A stretch of 64,000 bases of DNA from NCBI RefSeq assembly GCF_009914755.1, contig NC_060936.1; one strand, given 5' to 3'. A program made the translations under genes and the position numbers. The stretch comes from the human T2T-CHM13v2.0 reference genome, Homo sapiens. The notes beneath the pieces were generated by a model. The model had not been told where the DNA came from. It saw nothing but the letters and a program-made list of their open reading frames with translations, and did not search any database. Every line of letters begins with the position of its first letter. Position 1 is the stretch's first letter. Of the stretch, positions 44,708 through 60,307 are shown piece after piece.

Positions 44708-45864
44708 CAGCCCTCCTGTTCTCTATTCCCCAGGAGCCCAGGACTGTCTTTTAGCTGCCCAGGGAGGCCTGACCTCTGTGATACTCCATGTTCCAAAATC
44801 AGCCTTCTCCCCGACTGTGGAAACTTCTACTACTCTGTTCCCATTGTCTAAGCTATAAGGAAAGCTCGTGCTAGTTAAAATATTCTATATTCAGGTAGGA
44901 ATAACTCATCATTGTGGTCATCCTAACTGGCGCTTAAAAGATGCTCTTGAATTTGTATTGATAGCCTGCGGAGGCAGGTATTTTTGAACAGAACTTTGTG
45001 ATATATTGCCAATGCTAGAATGGGGTAAGGTCCTGGGATGTCACTACTGAAATACTGCCATCACTCTGCATTGTCTACCTGTGCAGAATGGTGAAGCCAG
45101 TTCTCTATGTGCAGGACGAATCAAAGGTCAAGGATACTACAGTTGTAGACTGTATGGAGACTAGATGGTAGACTTCCTCCTTGGAGAAGAAGCCAAAGAG
45201 GAACACATTCTTTCCACCTTGTGTCATGCATTTATGAGTGGCTTTTCCACAAATTAAAAAGTGATGTCATGAAGAGGTACAGGTGATGCACCTCAGTTGA
45301 AAACTGGACTCCTCACATGTTGATCAGTCTCCATTTCTAAGCACATTTTAAGAAGGCCAGAGCTTTAAAAGGCTCAAGAGAAGAACTGGGGAGGGGCTCC
45401 TCCTGCCTCTTCTTGGGGATAGAAATTCTGGCAGCATAGCACCCTTCAACAGGGAGAGATGGTTTTGCCTGTCTGTTGTTTGCCATCATGGTGAGAAACA
45501 GCTGAAGAGGTGTCTTGCTGGTAGGGGTAGGACAGGATTCTCGGGTCCAGCTAACTCATATGGTGGTTCTGAGAAGGGCGCGTGGTGATGAAGTGATGCA
45601 GCTTAGAAATCTGCCTCTCGCCACTGCATTCAATCTGAGCCCCGACAGGTGGGACCTTTCTCTTGCATCTCCTCATCAGCCGGGCTTTTCCTGAGTGAGG
45701 AGACTGCAGTGTTCCCTCCAGGGCGGGGCCAACAGTATAGACCTAGAGCTAACTGGTGATGCCCTGTGGGGCACGTGATGCTGAGAACAGCACATGTGCT
45801 TAACATGGCCTTAATTTGTCTCCAAGCTTCTTAGGAGTATTTGCTATAAAAAAAAACAATGGGA

Positions 45865-46195
<331 letters not shown>

Positions 46196-47150
46196 TTAGG
46201 CAAATGTTCCAAAGTATTTTGTGCCCCTAAAATAGCATAGGCCTTGTTTAAAATTGGCATTCCAAAAAAATTTTTAAAAACTCAAAAAACAAAACAACAA
46301 TGAAAGCAAAAAACAAACCCTGGCACTGCATCATTTTTAATTTAGCCAGATGGGAAGGCTGAGGAGGGAGTCAGCACAGGAAGGCAAAATGCAACCTGCT
46401 CCTCAGCTGAGCACTGAATGTAGAAACCGTGTCTCCTCTCGGAAGACCTCCCTCCCCGACTCCCCCAACCTGAAGAAGGGTCCGTTACTAAACAGTTGCA
46501 GTCCCCCAGGCCGAATTCCCTGCTAGAGCAACCTTTGGGCTATTGATCAACAGAAGGCTGAGGTGATTTATCTAAAACACTTTAGTGCTAAATCTATTGC
46601 AAGTTCCACTTTTAATTCAAGATCGCTTTCTGCTTCCTCCTTCTTAAATCAGGATTAGTGATTCAATTCATTTCCTAAGTTGCTAGGCAATACATTTATG
46701 AGTTTATAACTAGGCCTCTAACCCTTTCCCATGAATTCAGCCAAACCCATTTATTTATTATAATCAAAGGAAAGAAATGCTTCACGGAGGGTTAATCTTT
46801 CACAAAGTCTAATGGGGGCTAATAGGAAGGGAAGAGTAATTAACACACAATGAATTATCACACAATGAATTAGTTTGCACTTCAAACTAATTTGTGGAAG
46901 GTAGCTGTGGAGTAACAGAAAAAGCATTAGGTTAGGGAGGTTGAAAATCAAGTTTTAGTCGTTCTTCACGACCAACAGGCTGTGTGACTGCAGGGCAGCA
47001 CTGAGCCAAGGGACTGAGGCCTTCAGGTCTCCAGCTGCCCAGGGCAGATTAAACAATCACCTCTCTGACCAAGGCAGGGGTACGAGATGCAAGGTTAGGA
47101 GAGTACTGTTGAAGAATAAAGTACGATGAAAACATAAAATATGAACAGTA

Positions 47151-47360
47151 GGCTGGGCGTGGTGGCTCATGCCTGTAATCCCAGCACTTTGGGAGGCTGA
47201 GGCGGATGATTACCTGAGGTCAGGAGTTCGAGACCAGCCTGGCCAACATGGCGAAATCCCATCTCTACTAAAAATACAAAAATTAGCCGGGCATGGTGGC
47301 ACACACCTGTAATACCAGCTACTCGGGAGGCTGAGGCATGAGAATCGCTTGAATTCCAGG
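47151..47360 (+). mobile_element. 3'-truncated Alu
   Basis: Left arm plus part of the right arm; no tail. Confidence 0.9.
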
Positions 47361-50072
47361 CCTAGTGGCCTCTAGTACCTGAAATGGTGAGATCTTTAAA
47401 TATGCTTGCATATTAAAAGTTCTTTGCTTCAAATCAAAGTGGCCCACTGACACAGCACTGCCCAGTGGGGGAAATCCCTGGTGAAAACAGAAAGCAGGAC
47501 TCTGGAGTTTATCAATCTGCTCCTTTTCTGCTGTGCTCTTTGCTCTAGAACAAAGTAGCATACACAGGTGTCCTCGCACACACTGCTAGAATCTAGGTAT
47601 CTGGGCATGGTTCCTTTCACACCACAACTTGAGGATGATCCTTCAACTGTGGATCCTCCGTCCCTTCTGAAGCCAGTCCTCCCACCCTGGCTGATGGTAG
47701 TATTTCTCAGTCTTACCCAGTCAAACTCCACCAATACGGCCTTCCACTATTTTCTTTCTTCTAACCTGCTAAACACAATCTCTCTACTTGGGCTCCCTAC
47801 ACAGCAACTACTAGACTATTGCCCTGAGTCACCCACACTCTCCCTACCCACTGTCATACTGGGGGAGATCAGCTACCTTGCAGGTCACTGGGATGTGGAC
47901 CCTGTATAGCCAGTTGAAATTAACATCCTTCAGTTCCTTAAAAAGCCAGGCACATGTTGTCATACATTCACAGACTGGCTCCACTTGCCACCAACATAGG
48001 CACTTTGCCTTTGCTCTAGATTCTGAAAATATGTTGAGGACCACACTGCAAAGACTTGAAAAAATATGCTGACCTTCTTTATTTAGCATCTTTATTTACA
48101 TAGAATTATCTTTTGCATATCTTTCTGTGCTTTTGCTTCCAAGAGTAGTCATCAGTGAGCAGAGGTTTATGGTTAACTCATCTAATTATTGGCAATTGAA
48201 GTAGAAGTATCTCCTTGAGGCACAGGAGCATCAACTTCTGTGTCTCTTGCCGTGTCAGTAAGCAACATACAATGGAACCGGCAGAGCTCTCTTTCATTCC
48301 TCTGATTGTGGAGAGTGGGTTAGAGAAAATGCTATTAATACAGCTGCATCCAGCCATACCCCCAAAATCATGAAATGATTGCCTTAGGACTGTAGGAACT
48401 TCTCAGGGCAAATACCACTTGTTTAGAAATTGTCAGAATCCAAGTCTGCTAAAGTTGTTCATCTAAGAGAGTGTCAAATTCATCCACTGAAAATATACTG
48501 CTATTCAAGCTTTCCAAGCATAAATGGGATAGAGGGAGTTGTTTCAATTTAGGGAAAAAAAAATCCAGGTGCCAAAGTCTTTCTTAAGATTTAGATACAG
48601 CAATAGCAATGGTATCTTTGCCATTCTATAATGTGTTCCATAAAGTGTTAGAACTTTTAAAACCAACTGACTATAATTTAAGGATAAAGTAATTTTATAT
48701 ACCAGGAACTAAAGATGCTTCCAAGAAATAAAAAAGCAAATCAATCAGCATTGTTCTTATTTGAGTCTCCACAATTATTATCTGTCAACAACCATCAACA
48801 ATATTTTGCACAGTTGGAATCACCATTATGCTGATATTATTGGTCAGCATGATGCTGGGTTATATGCTTTTTGCCTGGGTTTCAGAACTTTTTCTATAAC
48901 CGGGAGGTTGTTTTCCCAAGCAGATTTGGGGAACTTGGGTTTACCTAACTACTGAAACAACAATCTCTTTCGTCACAGAAAACCAATTGGAAAAACTTCC
49001 GATTCAGATGCTGGGGTTTAATAGAGACACCAAAGAGTCACTGCCCGTGAGACTTTTCCCTGGAACCTAAATCCAGTTGCCTTGGCCCTAAGTTGCTGTT
49101 TCTTAAGTTCACCTGTTTCATGACTTCTGTTCCCTTTCTCCAAAACGGAGGGGGTCCAGGTGGGAGGTCTGGGTGAGAGGTCCAGAGAAAGACCAGCATT
49201 CACCAATGGTGATCACCTCTTTTACCCTCCTTCTGTACTTGATTAGTTGAAAGGATGCAGGAATAAAACACATGAACGTTTGGGGTTTTGTGAGGAGGAG
49301 TCAGTCAGCTTTGAGTTTATGGAGAGGGACAATGGTCACACCCAAGCTTTCTACTTCAGCACCACGATGCTGTTGTCTTTGTCAAGAAAGGAATGCTTTT
49401 TCAGTAAAATGCAACCCCACTGACCACGCTTGACATCACAGCCCACAAACTATTCCCACTGTGAGGAAGAAGTCACAGCGGAGCCACAGCATGGCCTGGG
49501 CTCTTTTCTGATTGTGTCTCTTAAGAAAACAGTACAGCTGAAACTCTCTCCCATCTCAGAGGCTGGGAATTAAATGTAGTTATAAAATTAAAAAGTCAGA
49601 AAATTATCAACAGAAAAGACACATATATATCTCTAGATAAACAGAAAGACAAATGTTCTAGCCCTTTATCTAGTAACATCTCCTCTGATGGAGGAGTGAT
49701 GACATTGTTGACTTTTCAATCTACAAGTGATTTTTGTTTTCTGTTTCAATGTTCTCCAGATCCAAAGGGACATGCTGGATAATAAGTGGCCACAGTCTAT
49801 TAGAGAAAGCATCATGACAAAGTGAAAGCACAATATTTATAGAAACCCCAGATCAAGCCCTTCCCCCAAATGGTTCCTTTCTGTATGTATGAAGGTGTGT
49901 ATGTGTGTGTGTACATGAGCGTGTATCTATAGGTATATGTAGGAAGCATGAAGGTTGGGGGAAAGGGATGATTACAGTGGGGAGTGCTGGGTATTATAGG
50001 AAGCAAAGGATTTTAGATCATACACTCAGGACTGCATCTGGTGTCTAAACCAGAGAGAGGAGTGGTACTTAC

Positions 50073-50159
50073 CTTATTTGTTGCATCAATAAATTTGACT
50101 CCTTTATATGAGACAGAAAGAATAATAGTAGGGACCTTCTTCATTTGCTCTGTAGACTT
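50073..50159 (-). CDS. ANKS1B: ANKS1B PTB exon: [29 protein letters not shown]
   Basis: ttttaatttcag|AAG ... AAG|gtaagt; 87 nt; PTB strand [12 protein letters not shown]. Confidence 0.96.
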
Positions 50160-50269
50160 CTGAAATTAAAATTAGAAAGCTGTTAGAGCAGTTTGTGTTG
50201 CGTGGCAACTGAAGCACACAATTTTTCCTCCTGAAAGATAAAGATGAGCTCAAATTAAAAACAACAACA

Positions 50270-50297
50270 ACACACACACACACACACACACACACAT
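50270..50297. repeat. (CA)n microsatellite; (UG)n in ANKS1B pre-mRNA
   Basis: Direct read; ~110 nt upstream of the 50159 acceptor. Confidence 0.9.
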
Positions 50298-51079
50298 CAG
50301 ATACACACCACGCACACTCTAATTTTAATGTCTGCCTCTCCTCTCTTGGGCTTAGCTATACTTCGGGCTTATAAAGTTATCCGTCTTGCCCTTGAGGATC
50401 TAAAAAGAGTTTGTTCCGCTACTTTGTGTGGATGAAGGAGTACTTCTTTTCCCTGACACTAAAGGGTGAATGAAGAGGTCTGTCTCCTACTGCAATTTCA
50501 AGTGACTGTTCCTTTCACAAGAGTTAAACCACATCGGACTTAACTCCAAGGGTGCATTTGACATTAACAAAATATATGCACCCCCCCTTTTCCTAGTTAC
50601 CTTCATTCTTCCAGGCACAGATAATGCTTGGATGTATACTTAAAATAGGGATGTAAAAGATATCACTATGTATTGTTCTTGAACTGGACCAAATCCATAA
50701 ATGCTGATATTATATTTACAGCAGAATCACTTGTGACCACAAGGGATGTAATGATGCTCTAGAACAATGAAGCCCTCCAGGAGCAGTCTGGGTTTTGAGC
50801 CACAGCAAAATGCTGGACAGCCCAGGTAACCTACTTTATCATTTAGAGCTGCTACATTCCCTTAGGCCAAGTTCTTGTGATAGATGTTCACACTGGCTGA
50901 ATGTGCTTAGAGTTTGCAGCTTGTACAGTTTTATGCATCTGCAAAAAGTTTCTCTATAATTTAGTATGTGCCTTTCCTGTTTAGCTTTATCATTCATCAC
51001 CAGTCACCAGCAGTCAGTTTACTTCATTGCCCTCTATATATACTAGTAATAATCACACTAAACATCAAGAAGAACCTAC

Positions 51080-51091
51080 CTGACAGTTAGC
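51080..51091 (-). CDS. ANKS1B: ANKS1B 12-nt microexon encoding ANCQ
   Basis: ccag|GCT AAC TGT CAG|gtaggt; phase 0/0; fits the recalled ANKS1B sequence ...AKMR-ANCQ-KSTEQ... Confidence 0.88.
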
Positions 51092-52499
51092 CTGGTGGAT
51101 TTTCCAGTTAAGACAGATGGGAACATAATAGGAGAGAAAACATATAAAAGGTGAGAGAGAGGAAACCATTTCAATAATTCACCAACAGTGTAAATTCATT
51201 AAAAAACAAAAGATGCCACAAAAGAACAGGCTTCAGAGTCATCAAAGATGCAGTGCCACTGTTATTTTAGAAATGCTGCAGGCTTTCACCGGCCCCTTTC
51301 TTTCTCTGTTTCTCATCATTCTGTTTACTGCACCGCACAGTCTTAGGACTGACACACAAGAACCTTCCACTTTGAGCTTTCAACAACTAGTTGTCTTATG
51401 TCTATTAAGGGAATCAGGAAAAAATAGAAACTTTCTTGATTTATTCATTTATATTTCCCAATTTTCTAGTTTTAAATTCTGGAATGCAGCCAGAATTCAG
51501 GAAGGCTTTTAATTGGATAGTGTGAGTGAAACTCATTGAACTCAATGATGAGACTTCAATTGCATCTTTTAGTTGAGCTGTGAAAAGGGGTGTTTCACAT
51601 TTTCCTGATTGTTTTGGCACAACATCTTTTTGAGAGTTACTACGCCTGTTTCAAAAACAATGGCTTACTAAAAGTATTGTTATTTAATATCTGTTGTTGT
51701 ATACAGGATGTGAAAAAGCAGCTCTCTTGCTTTTTAACCAGTTTTGAAATTCCCTGGATGCATCAGTGTTCCTTTGTGATTGCCAAAAAGAGAGATTATG
51801 AAAATAAAATATAAGGTTAGAAACTCGTTTTAATGCTTCTTCCAACCACTTCTTAAAAATGTGCAAGACACATCAAAGGCAGGCTAGAAGAAATCATGTG
51901 CAATGTGTTGATTTTAAGGCAACGCGGTGGCTGAACTCTGTAAAGAGGGAGGGCTGGGGCAGCCCAGGCGATAGTTGGAATAACTGAATGCATATGTGAA
52001 AAATTTTCTGCAAAGCGTCACAGTGGATTTCGGTAAATCACCTCACTTATCTTTTGCCATGAATCCATTCTCCTGGACAGATCTATCTGTAATGCAAAGC
52101 AATATACAGCTAATATTCAGATGAAAATCTATTCGTTATTTGTTCAGCAATCGAGTTGTTACTTTAGGCAACCCACTGTGCTTGTCACTGGAAAAGCTCG
52201 AGTCTAGTTCAGGGATGGCAGACAGACCTCAAACTGTGTGCAAACACCAGTCTGCTGAAAGCACTGTGTTGAGAAAGATTCTGAGCTGTGTCTGAGCTCA
52301 GTAGAAAAGAGGGCTGGAAATGATGTCTGCCATGGGAGAAGAAGAGGACGAGGCGGCCCAGGGGCTACACATGAACATGCCTGCTAGGTCTGATAGGAAG
52401 AACAGCTACAATTACAATGTTGACAAATGTGACAGGAGCAATATGAACAACATGCCTCCAGGATAGTGAATAAAAACAGCCTTATTTTGCTTGACAGAG

Positions 52500-53600
52500 T
52501 GGGGCCAGTCTTCATTCATTCATTCAAAAGACAATGACGGCCTATTAGGGGTGATTGAGCTGACTCTTGATGAATAAGCATTTTCCAAGTAGCAAAGAGG
52601 CCAAAAGAGGCTGTTTTAGCAACAGAACTAATACATGCACAGAGGCCTAGAAATGAGAATGTGGTGGGTTTGGGTAACTGGTGGAGATGAGAGTGGTAGA
52701 GTAGGTTTGGAAGGTTGTGACTTACTCTGCCAAGTTAGGGTCCGTTGGAAGCTTTTCACTAGAGAGTGACACAATCAGACCTGTGTTGCAGAAAGATTCT
52801 TCTGGTGGTTGTTTATGAAGGAGGGACTGGAAGAGCTAGAGGCTGGATGCAGGGAGTCAGGAAGTTATTGTGCAAATCCAAAGGAGAGAGAGACCCTAAG
52901 CACCTGAGTTGAAGTAGAGGCATTGGAGAACAGGAGGAGGCACCACAATGTCGATGAGGAAGAACTGAGAGGTTCTGTTGATTGATCTGCTATGGAAGAT
53001 GAATGGGTGGGAGGATTCCACAGATGAAGAAGCCACTGAGATAAGGAATACTGGAGGGGAAAGTGTTTTTGCGTAAGCATAATGGAAATGCTTTTGCACA
53101 TGCTCAGTTTGATAAGCAGGTGGAGATATCCAGTAGGAAATGAGAATCAGATCTGGAAATCCACCTACATACATGGATGGCCAAGGAGGTGGGAGTGGAC
53201 AAGGTGGTTTAAGGAGTGAACAAGAAAAGAGGGAAGGACACACTTCAGGGGAAGATGAAATCCCAAGGGGTGGGGCAGAAACAAGAGCTAATGAAGGAAC
53301 TGGAATTGAAGTTGGAAGATGCCTACAACACAGTATCACAGAAGCCAAAGAGGAGAGGGCTTAGAAGGTAGGAGCAATGCCCCATGCCATGAGGACTAAC
53401 AAGGCCTAAAATGGTGTGCCTACCACAGTGGCTGGCTCACACAGGAGCTGCTACTTTCATTGGGCTTACTGGGTGGAATTCCTGGCTTTTGCAACAAGAA
53501 AAAATTGTTGCTGATTTCATTAAGAGTAGCTTCAAGAAAATGGTGGCAGCAGCTGGAGAGGAGAACACAGTGAGCTGTGCAATGGATGCCAGTTAAAGGA
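52500..53600 (-). mobile_element. Degraded L2 LINE
   Basis: Purine-rich L2-like motifs (gagagtgacacaatcagacctgtgtt, ggtggagatatccagtagg). Confidence 0.6.
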
Positions 53601-54141
53601 AGCAGAAAGCTGGAACAACAGGCAGGTCAGGACACAGCTCTTGAGCTGACATGAAGGCATCAGCGGTGGTTCCTGTGATGGTACAAAGATCCCACATCAG
53701 ATGCTCGGCCAAGTTGAACAAAAAAAAGAAAAGATGAAGGATAGTCATTTCTTTTTCTTCCATGGGTCCCAGGAATCTCTGCTCTCCTAACTGGAGGCAG
53801 CACTATGGTGTCAGTGATGCAGGCTGTGCACAGGCCTCTATGAATGGCAGTGTTGGGGGTGGCCATGCTTTCCAATCTGGAGCCCAAACTGTACTGCTCT
53901 CTCCACTGAGTCATTTGACAAGAAGCTGATGGATCCTGACCAGCCAGAGAGTTCAAAGGGAGGGTGGGAAATCTTCTGGGTAGAGCCCCTCCTTGAAGGC
54001 ATTTATACACCCTACAAAAGATAAGGATCCATCGTCTTTTAAAGGGGTTTTCTGATGGTGTACTTTGACAAGAGTTTCCAAAGAGGTCTTTTCATACATA
54101 ATCTTAGCAAAAGATGAAAATGCATAGAAAGAAGGCAAAGA

Positions 54142-54453
54142 GGCTAGGCATGGTGGCTCATGCCTGTATTCCCAGCACTTTGGGAGGCTGAGGTGAGCAG
54201 ATCACCAGAGGTCAGGAGTTTGAGACAAGCCTGGCCAACATGGCAAAACCCCGTCTCTACTAAAAATAAATAAATTAACCAGGCATGGTGGTGGGTGGCT
54301 GTAATCCCAGCTATTCAGGAGGCCGAGGCAGTAGAATCACTTGAACCCAGGAGGCAGAGATTCTAGTGAGCCAAGATCGCGCCACTGCACTCCAGCCTGG
54401 GCAACAGAGTGAGACTCCGTCTCAAAAAAAAGAAAAAGAAAAAGGAAAAAAAA
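54142..54453 (+). mobile_element. Alu
   Basis: TSD aaggcaaaga. Confidence 0.93.
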
Positions 54454-56579
54454 GGCAAAGATCAAAGTTATTGAGTCTTCAGGGAGTCTAATCTGGGAGG
54501 CAAGAAATCTAGTAAGTGCCCACTTCATTTCATGAAGGCTTTACAGGCATCAAAATGTGAGCACGGGGCTTCAGTCCAATCACAGGCAGTCAAAGTCCCT
54601 CCTTCCCCATTTTCTCTTCGGTGTTATGATCATCATTCTTTTCTCCTTCCCAGGGACGAAGGCGCCTACTCTGAACATCAAGTTACTGAGCACGTGCTCT
54701 CAGGCAACATTGGTTTCTATGACCTATCTATCTGCATGCTCTGCTGGGTGTCTGTATAATTAATACTCCCATATGTTTCTGTTAAAAATTCAAGCTTTAT
54801 TGATTTGTATAAACAGAACTCTGTACTTCAGGCCCATTTCCCCAGTGAAAGATGCTCAAGGCGAACCTTCTGTTATCGTTTTCTTTCGTTTCTAGTTGCT
54901 TTTCCCTATGCCATGCTCTTTGTGGCATTTTTCAGGTTTCCCAATGTTCTCAAATTTACCCCCCTTCAGAGCCAGCTTTACAGAAGAGACTAATTTGTAA
55001 TGGAGACCTCTGAGTACATAAGCAGATAAATACTCCTGGGTAAGGCTCCAAATTATTTTAATTTTTACAGCATCTTGGTCACCTGCAAAAAGCATTATAG
55101 TGATATTCAAATGTATTTTGTTCACAATTTCCCAAATTAAGAGGATCATACTTTTATTTTTCCAAGAGAAATGATATTTAGTTATATAGAGATGTTACGT
55201 TTCTGAAATCTAAAATACAATGCAACATTTGAATCCTAAATTCAAAGGCAGTCTTCTCTTTAAGCACTTGAGTTTATATTGTCTATAACCATTAAACAGA
55301 AACAGGAATCAGAATTTCATATCTGGAGGTGGCCACCTGAAATATTGTTCTTAGTAAGTCACTGAATGCTTTTAGAGCATTTTTAAAAAGAAGAGATTTT
55401 GAAATCACCAAGAGAAAGAAATAACCATCTTTCTTCTTCTCCTTTTTAATTTTAAATTATGAACGGCTTGGTATCAGGTCAGAAATTATCATTGGTGCTT
55501 TTATTACTGCCTTAAAGCATGTTCTGAAAATAAGTAGGTTTTCTATTTTGAATGCAGAATCAGTAGTATGGAGATACCCTTTCCAGAGTGCACGAACTCT
55601 AATCTCAGAGCAAGACTTTTCCGAGCACGAATGAAAGCAGAGGGGTTTATGATGGGGAGCACTTCAGTTGTGAGCTGTAATGCTCTTTGAGTCTGGAGTG
55701 GTGTTAATGTTCCGAGTAAGAATCATTAGTGCCCCATCATCAGCACAGACAGGGAAAACAGTGAGGCTAATGTGGGGAGGACGCCACCAACCCTTCATTC
55801 TTACAATGCCCCGATTGCTCCCAGTGTATCTGAAGCACAGGCTGGGGAAGGGATTTCCGGTTGGTCTGTTGCCATCCAACTTACAGTATATTTTTAACCT
55901 ACACATGGCTATCCTGAGAATGCTTTCTAGTTAGATATTCAGTCCTGAGTCGTAACTATTAATTTTGGCATATAATATCTTCCTTAGTTAGATTCAAAGC
56001 TTAATTATTATATTCCATTTCAGCAAGTAAATTAAAATAGGATCAAGCAATTATGTTTGGTAGCCCTAAGTGACTTTCAAATGATTAAAAAACATACACA
56101 AAATAAGCATTATTGTGGTGATTTTGTAGGCAGTGAAACTAGCTAGGTTGTGGGATTACAAGAGATAAAAAGCAGAACACCAATCAGCAATTTGAAATGA
56201 ACTCTCACCATTTGAAACTGAGCTTAAAGGCCACTTTCTGGGGAAAGGCTTCCGCGGTCTCCCAGGCTGACAGGATGGCTTTTCTCTTGTTCCCCTCTCT
56301 GCCACTTTTCCCGTGCACTGCCCTGGGTCTCAGCGTGGTCTGCTTGCTTCCCTATAGGGAGCTCCTTGAGGACTGCCCACACCTTTCTTGATTTGTCTTC
56401 ACTGTAATGACTAGCACATGGTCTTACATTGAGCCCTATGAAGTAGCCATTTTTCAAGTCAAGAATGGCTAAGTACCAGCAGTTTCATAGGATTCGATCT
56501 AATGGTTGCTGAACTCCATGACTGTTAAAGGAACAGGCCAGTGAATTAATGTATCGTAACAAGCACGTAGCCAGCGTTA

Positions 56580-56944
<365 letters not shown>

Positions 56945-57027
56945 TCAGCAAACTTTCAGAGAGCTCTGGTACCCAGAGCCAGCAAAGAGGCCTTGCAAAG
57001 CTTGCAGGAGGACCACAAATGTGATTA

Positions 57028-57297
<270 letters not shown>

Positions 57298-57971
57298 TCA
57301 AATTGCAAGCATTAAGAAGAAAAGCCTTCTTGACAGGGTAGAAGGATTCCTAAGGGCAGCTGGGAAGTTTCCCCCTCTAGACATCTTTAAAAATAGTTTG
57401 GGTTCTCATCTGTCATTAATGAGGCTAAATGACCTCGCAAGGACTTTTCTGGTCATAGGAGGTCTGGCACAAAGGCTGAGGGAATACAGAACCTAAGACC
57501 AGGTGACAAGAACAGACAGTGGGCAAGCAGCCATTGAAACCACACCTCCTGCATATGACATGGCCATTGTACTGCCTGTGTAACTCACATGCTCTGGAGC
57601 ACAAGTCTGGCACAGCACAAAGCGGTGCCCTCCGTTTCTATATGCTGCTGATGCTGCACGTCTGAGACCATACTTTGAGAACTACTGCTCTAAAAATGCG
57701 GTCGATCAGTTTGATTGAAAGTTACTGTCAGAACTGTTCTCTGCTGCTGTGCATGTAAACTCGCTGTACTGCATCCTACATTAATTCAGAAAGAATCTAG
57801 TTTATCAAAACACACTGTTCTCCACTTGACAAGTGATTTCCAAAAATCCTTAGTTAGCATTTAGCTACAGCTCTTGGTCTTGAGAGCAATTAACAAGAAT
57901 TATTTAATTCTTCATGGTTTCTCAGGGACTGTGAATGGATAAAACATTCTTCACATAAAACAAAGAGTTCA

Positions 57972-58332
<361 letters not shown>

Positions 58333-60018
58333 TTAATAAGATCAGGGGTCTTGCTGAAGATGAAGATGTATAGTTTTTTTTTTTTTATTAAAGTTCCCCT
58401 ATTCTCCCTCAAATTAAGCACATGCTCTTGAGAGATGTGACAGGCAAACATGAACATGGGCTTGTGTACTGCCCCTGGGAGTGTAATCTGGAAGAAGTTT
58501 TCTAGAAGGCAATTTGGGAATAGTTATCCAAAGTTTCACAGTGTGTATACCCTTTGATCCAGCCATTCTATATCTAGTGGCTCATTCTAAGGAAATAATC
58601 AAACCAACTGCAAAAGATTTAGGTAAAGGGTGTTACCCATAGTACTGGCTATCATTTGAAAAGAATTGGAAATGACAGAATGACCAACAAGGAGAACTGG
58701 TTAAATAAATTTGGTTCAACTATGGATTGGAATATTGTAACCAACCACCACAAATGATATTGGGGATGAATATGTATAGGAATAAAAATATTTCAAAATA
58801 TATTATTGTGTTTAAAATACACGGTAAAACAGTGGATATGCAATATTTCCACTTCTTACTAGAAAAATAGTACCTACAAATGCATAAATAATTGGTCTGG
58901 AGGATTACACAAGCATAAGATGTTAACAGGGAGGAATTTACCACTTCTAGGTGGTAAAATCACAGTTGTTTTTATTTCTCCTTCCTGTTTTTCTATTTTA
59001 GAAGTGAACAGTAATGAACGTGTATTGCTTTTGTAATAAAATTTTAAAAATGTATGATTTTAATTAAAAATGCCAATTGCAAATGTGTGAAAAAACACAC
59101 TGTTTGAATCTATCACTTATAAGTGCAACTTCTGTGTTTTTTGGGGGTGTGTGTAGCCATCTTGAGCTTATGAAGGGACCCACTGAGGAGCTCCTTCCTC
59201 TGAGAAGAAAGGGGTAGTTGTCAGCAAATGAGAGTACAGGGTATGTTTGGATTCCTGGCTTAGTTCCATTCCTTCCTTGCGGCGTGGTTAGGTACTCAAC
59301 CTCCCTGTGTCTTAGTTACTTCATCTGTAAACGGGTATGTTAATATAGCGTCTACATTTTAGAGTTGTGAGGATTGTACAGGATAATTCAGTGCCTAGCA
59401 TGTAGTGAACATCAACAGATTTTAGCTATTACTGCTTAAAAACAGTATTTTTTTTGGTAGAGATGGGGGTCTTATTGTGTTGAACAAGCTGGTCTCAAAC
59501 TCCTGGCCCCAAGAGATCCTCTTGCCTCAGTCTCCTAAAGTGCTGGGATTACAGGTGTGAGCCACCTTGCTCGGCCAGCTGTTATTGTTATTCTGAGGAT
59601 AGATGCTTTCACTTAGAAAGTCCCTCTCCAAAGCAAAGCACTGGCAAAAGAGAGCAGAAACAAAATTGAAATCTGTGTGCATAACTGAACACTCTCCAGG
59701 CTACTTGCTATGATGGCAGGGAAATGGTGGTTGCAACAATGAACTTTCAGTGGATCAATATACCTGGGCCAATGAGAAGAGACTCAATCAATCAACATGT
59801 TTAGAAAGAGCTTGAGACAAGTGGGAATTAAAGACAGAAGCAGCCCAGGAAATCTTTCAGTGATGTGAAGTAGTAAGGGTGTTATATGGGAGAAAAGCTA
59901 GCAACAAGGGCTATAAAAAATAACAAAGAGAACTGGGGTTTGAAGACAATATGGAATAAGATGGTTGGTGCTCTTTAGCCTTCTAGAGTAGGCCCGTAAG
60001 AAAACATTCACAATGAGA

Positions 60019-60307
<289 letters not shown>

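Noticed and set aside
49355-49366. TTCAGCACCACG, left half of a REST/RE1 site
   Set aside because: The GGACAG right half is missing, and a half-site alone is weak evidence.
51092-51116. gtcttaac resembling a U12 branch point before the microexon
   Set aside because: Imperfect match to TCCTTAAC; the upstream donor is outside the window; the downstream donors are U2-type.
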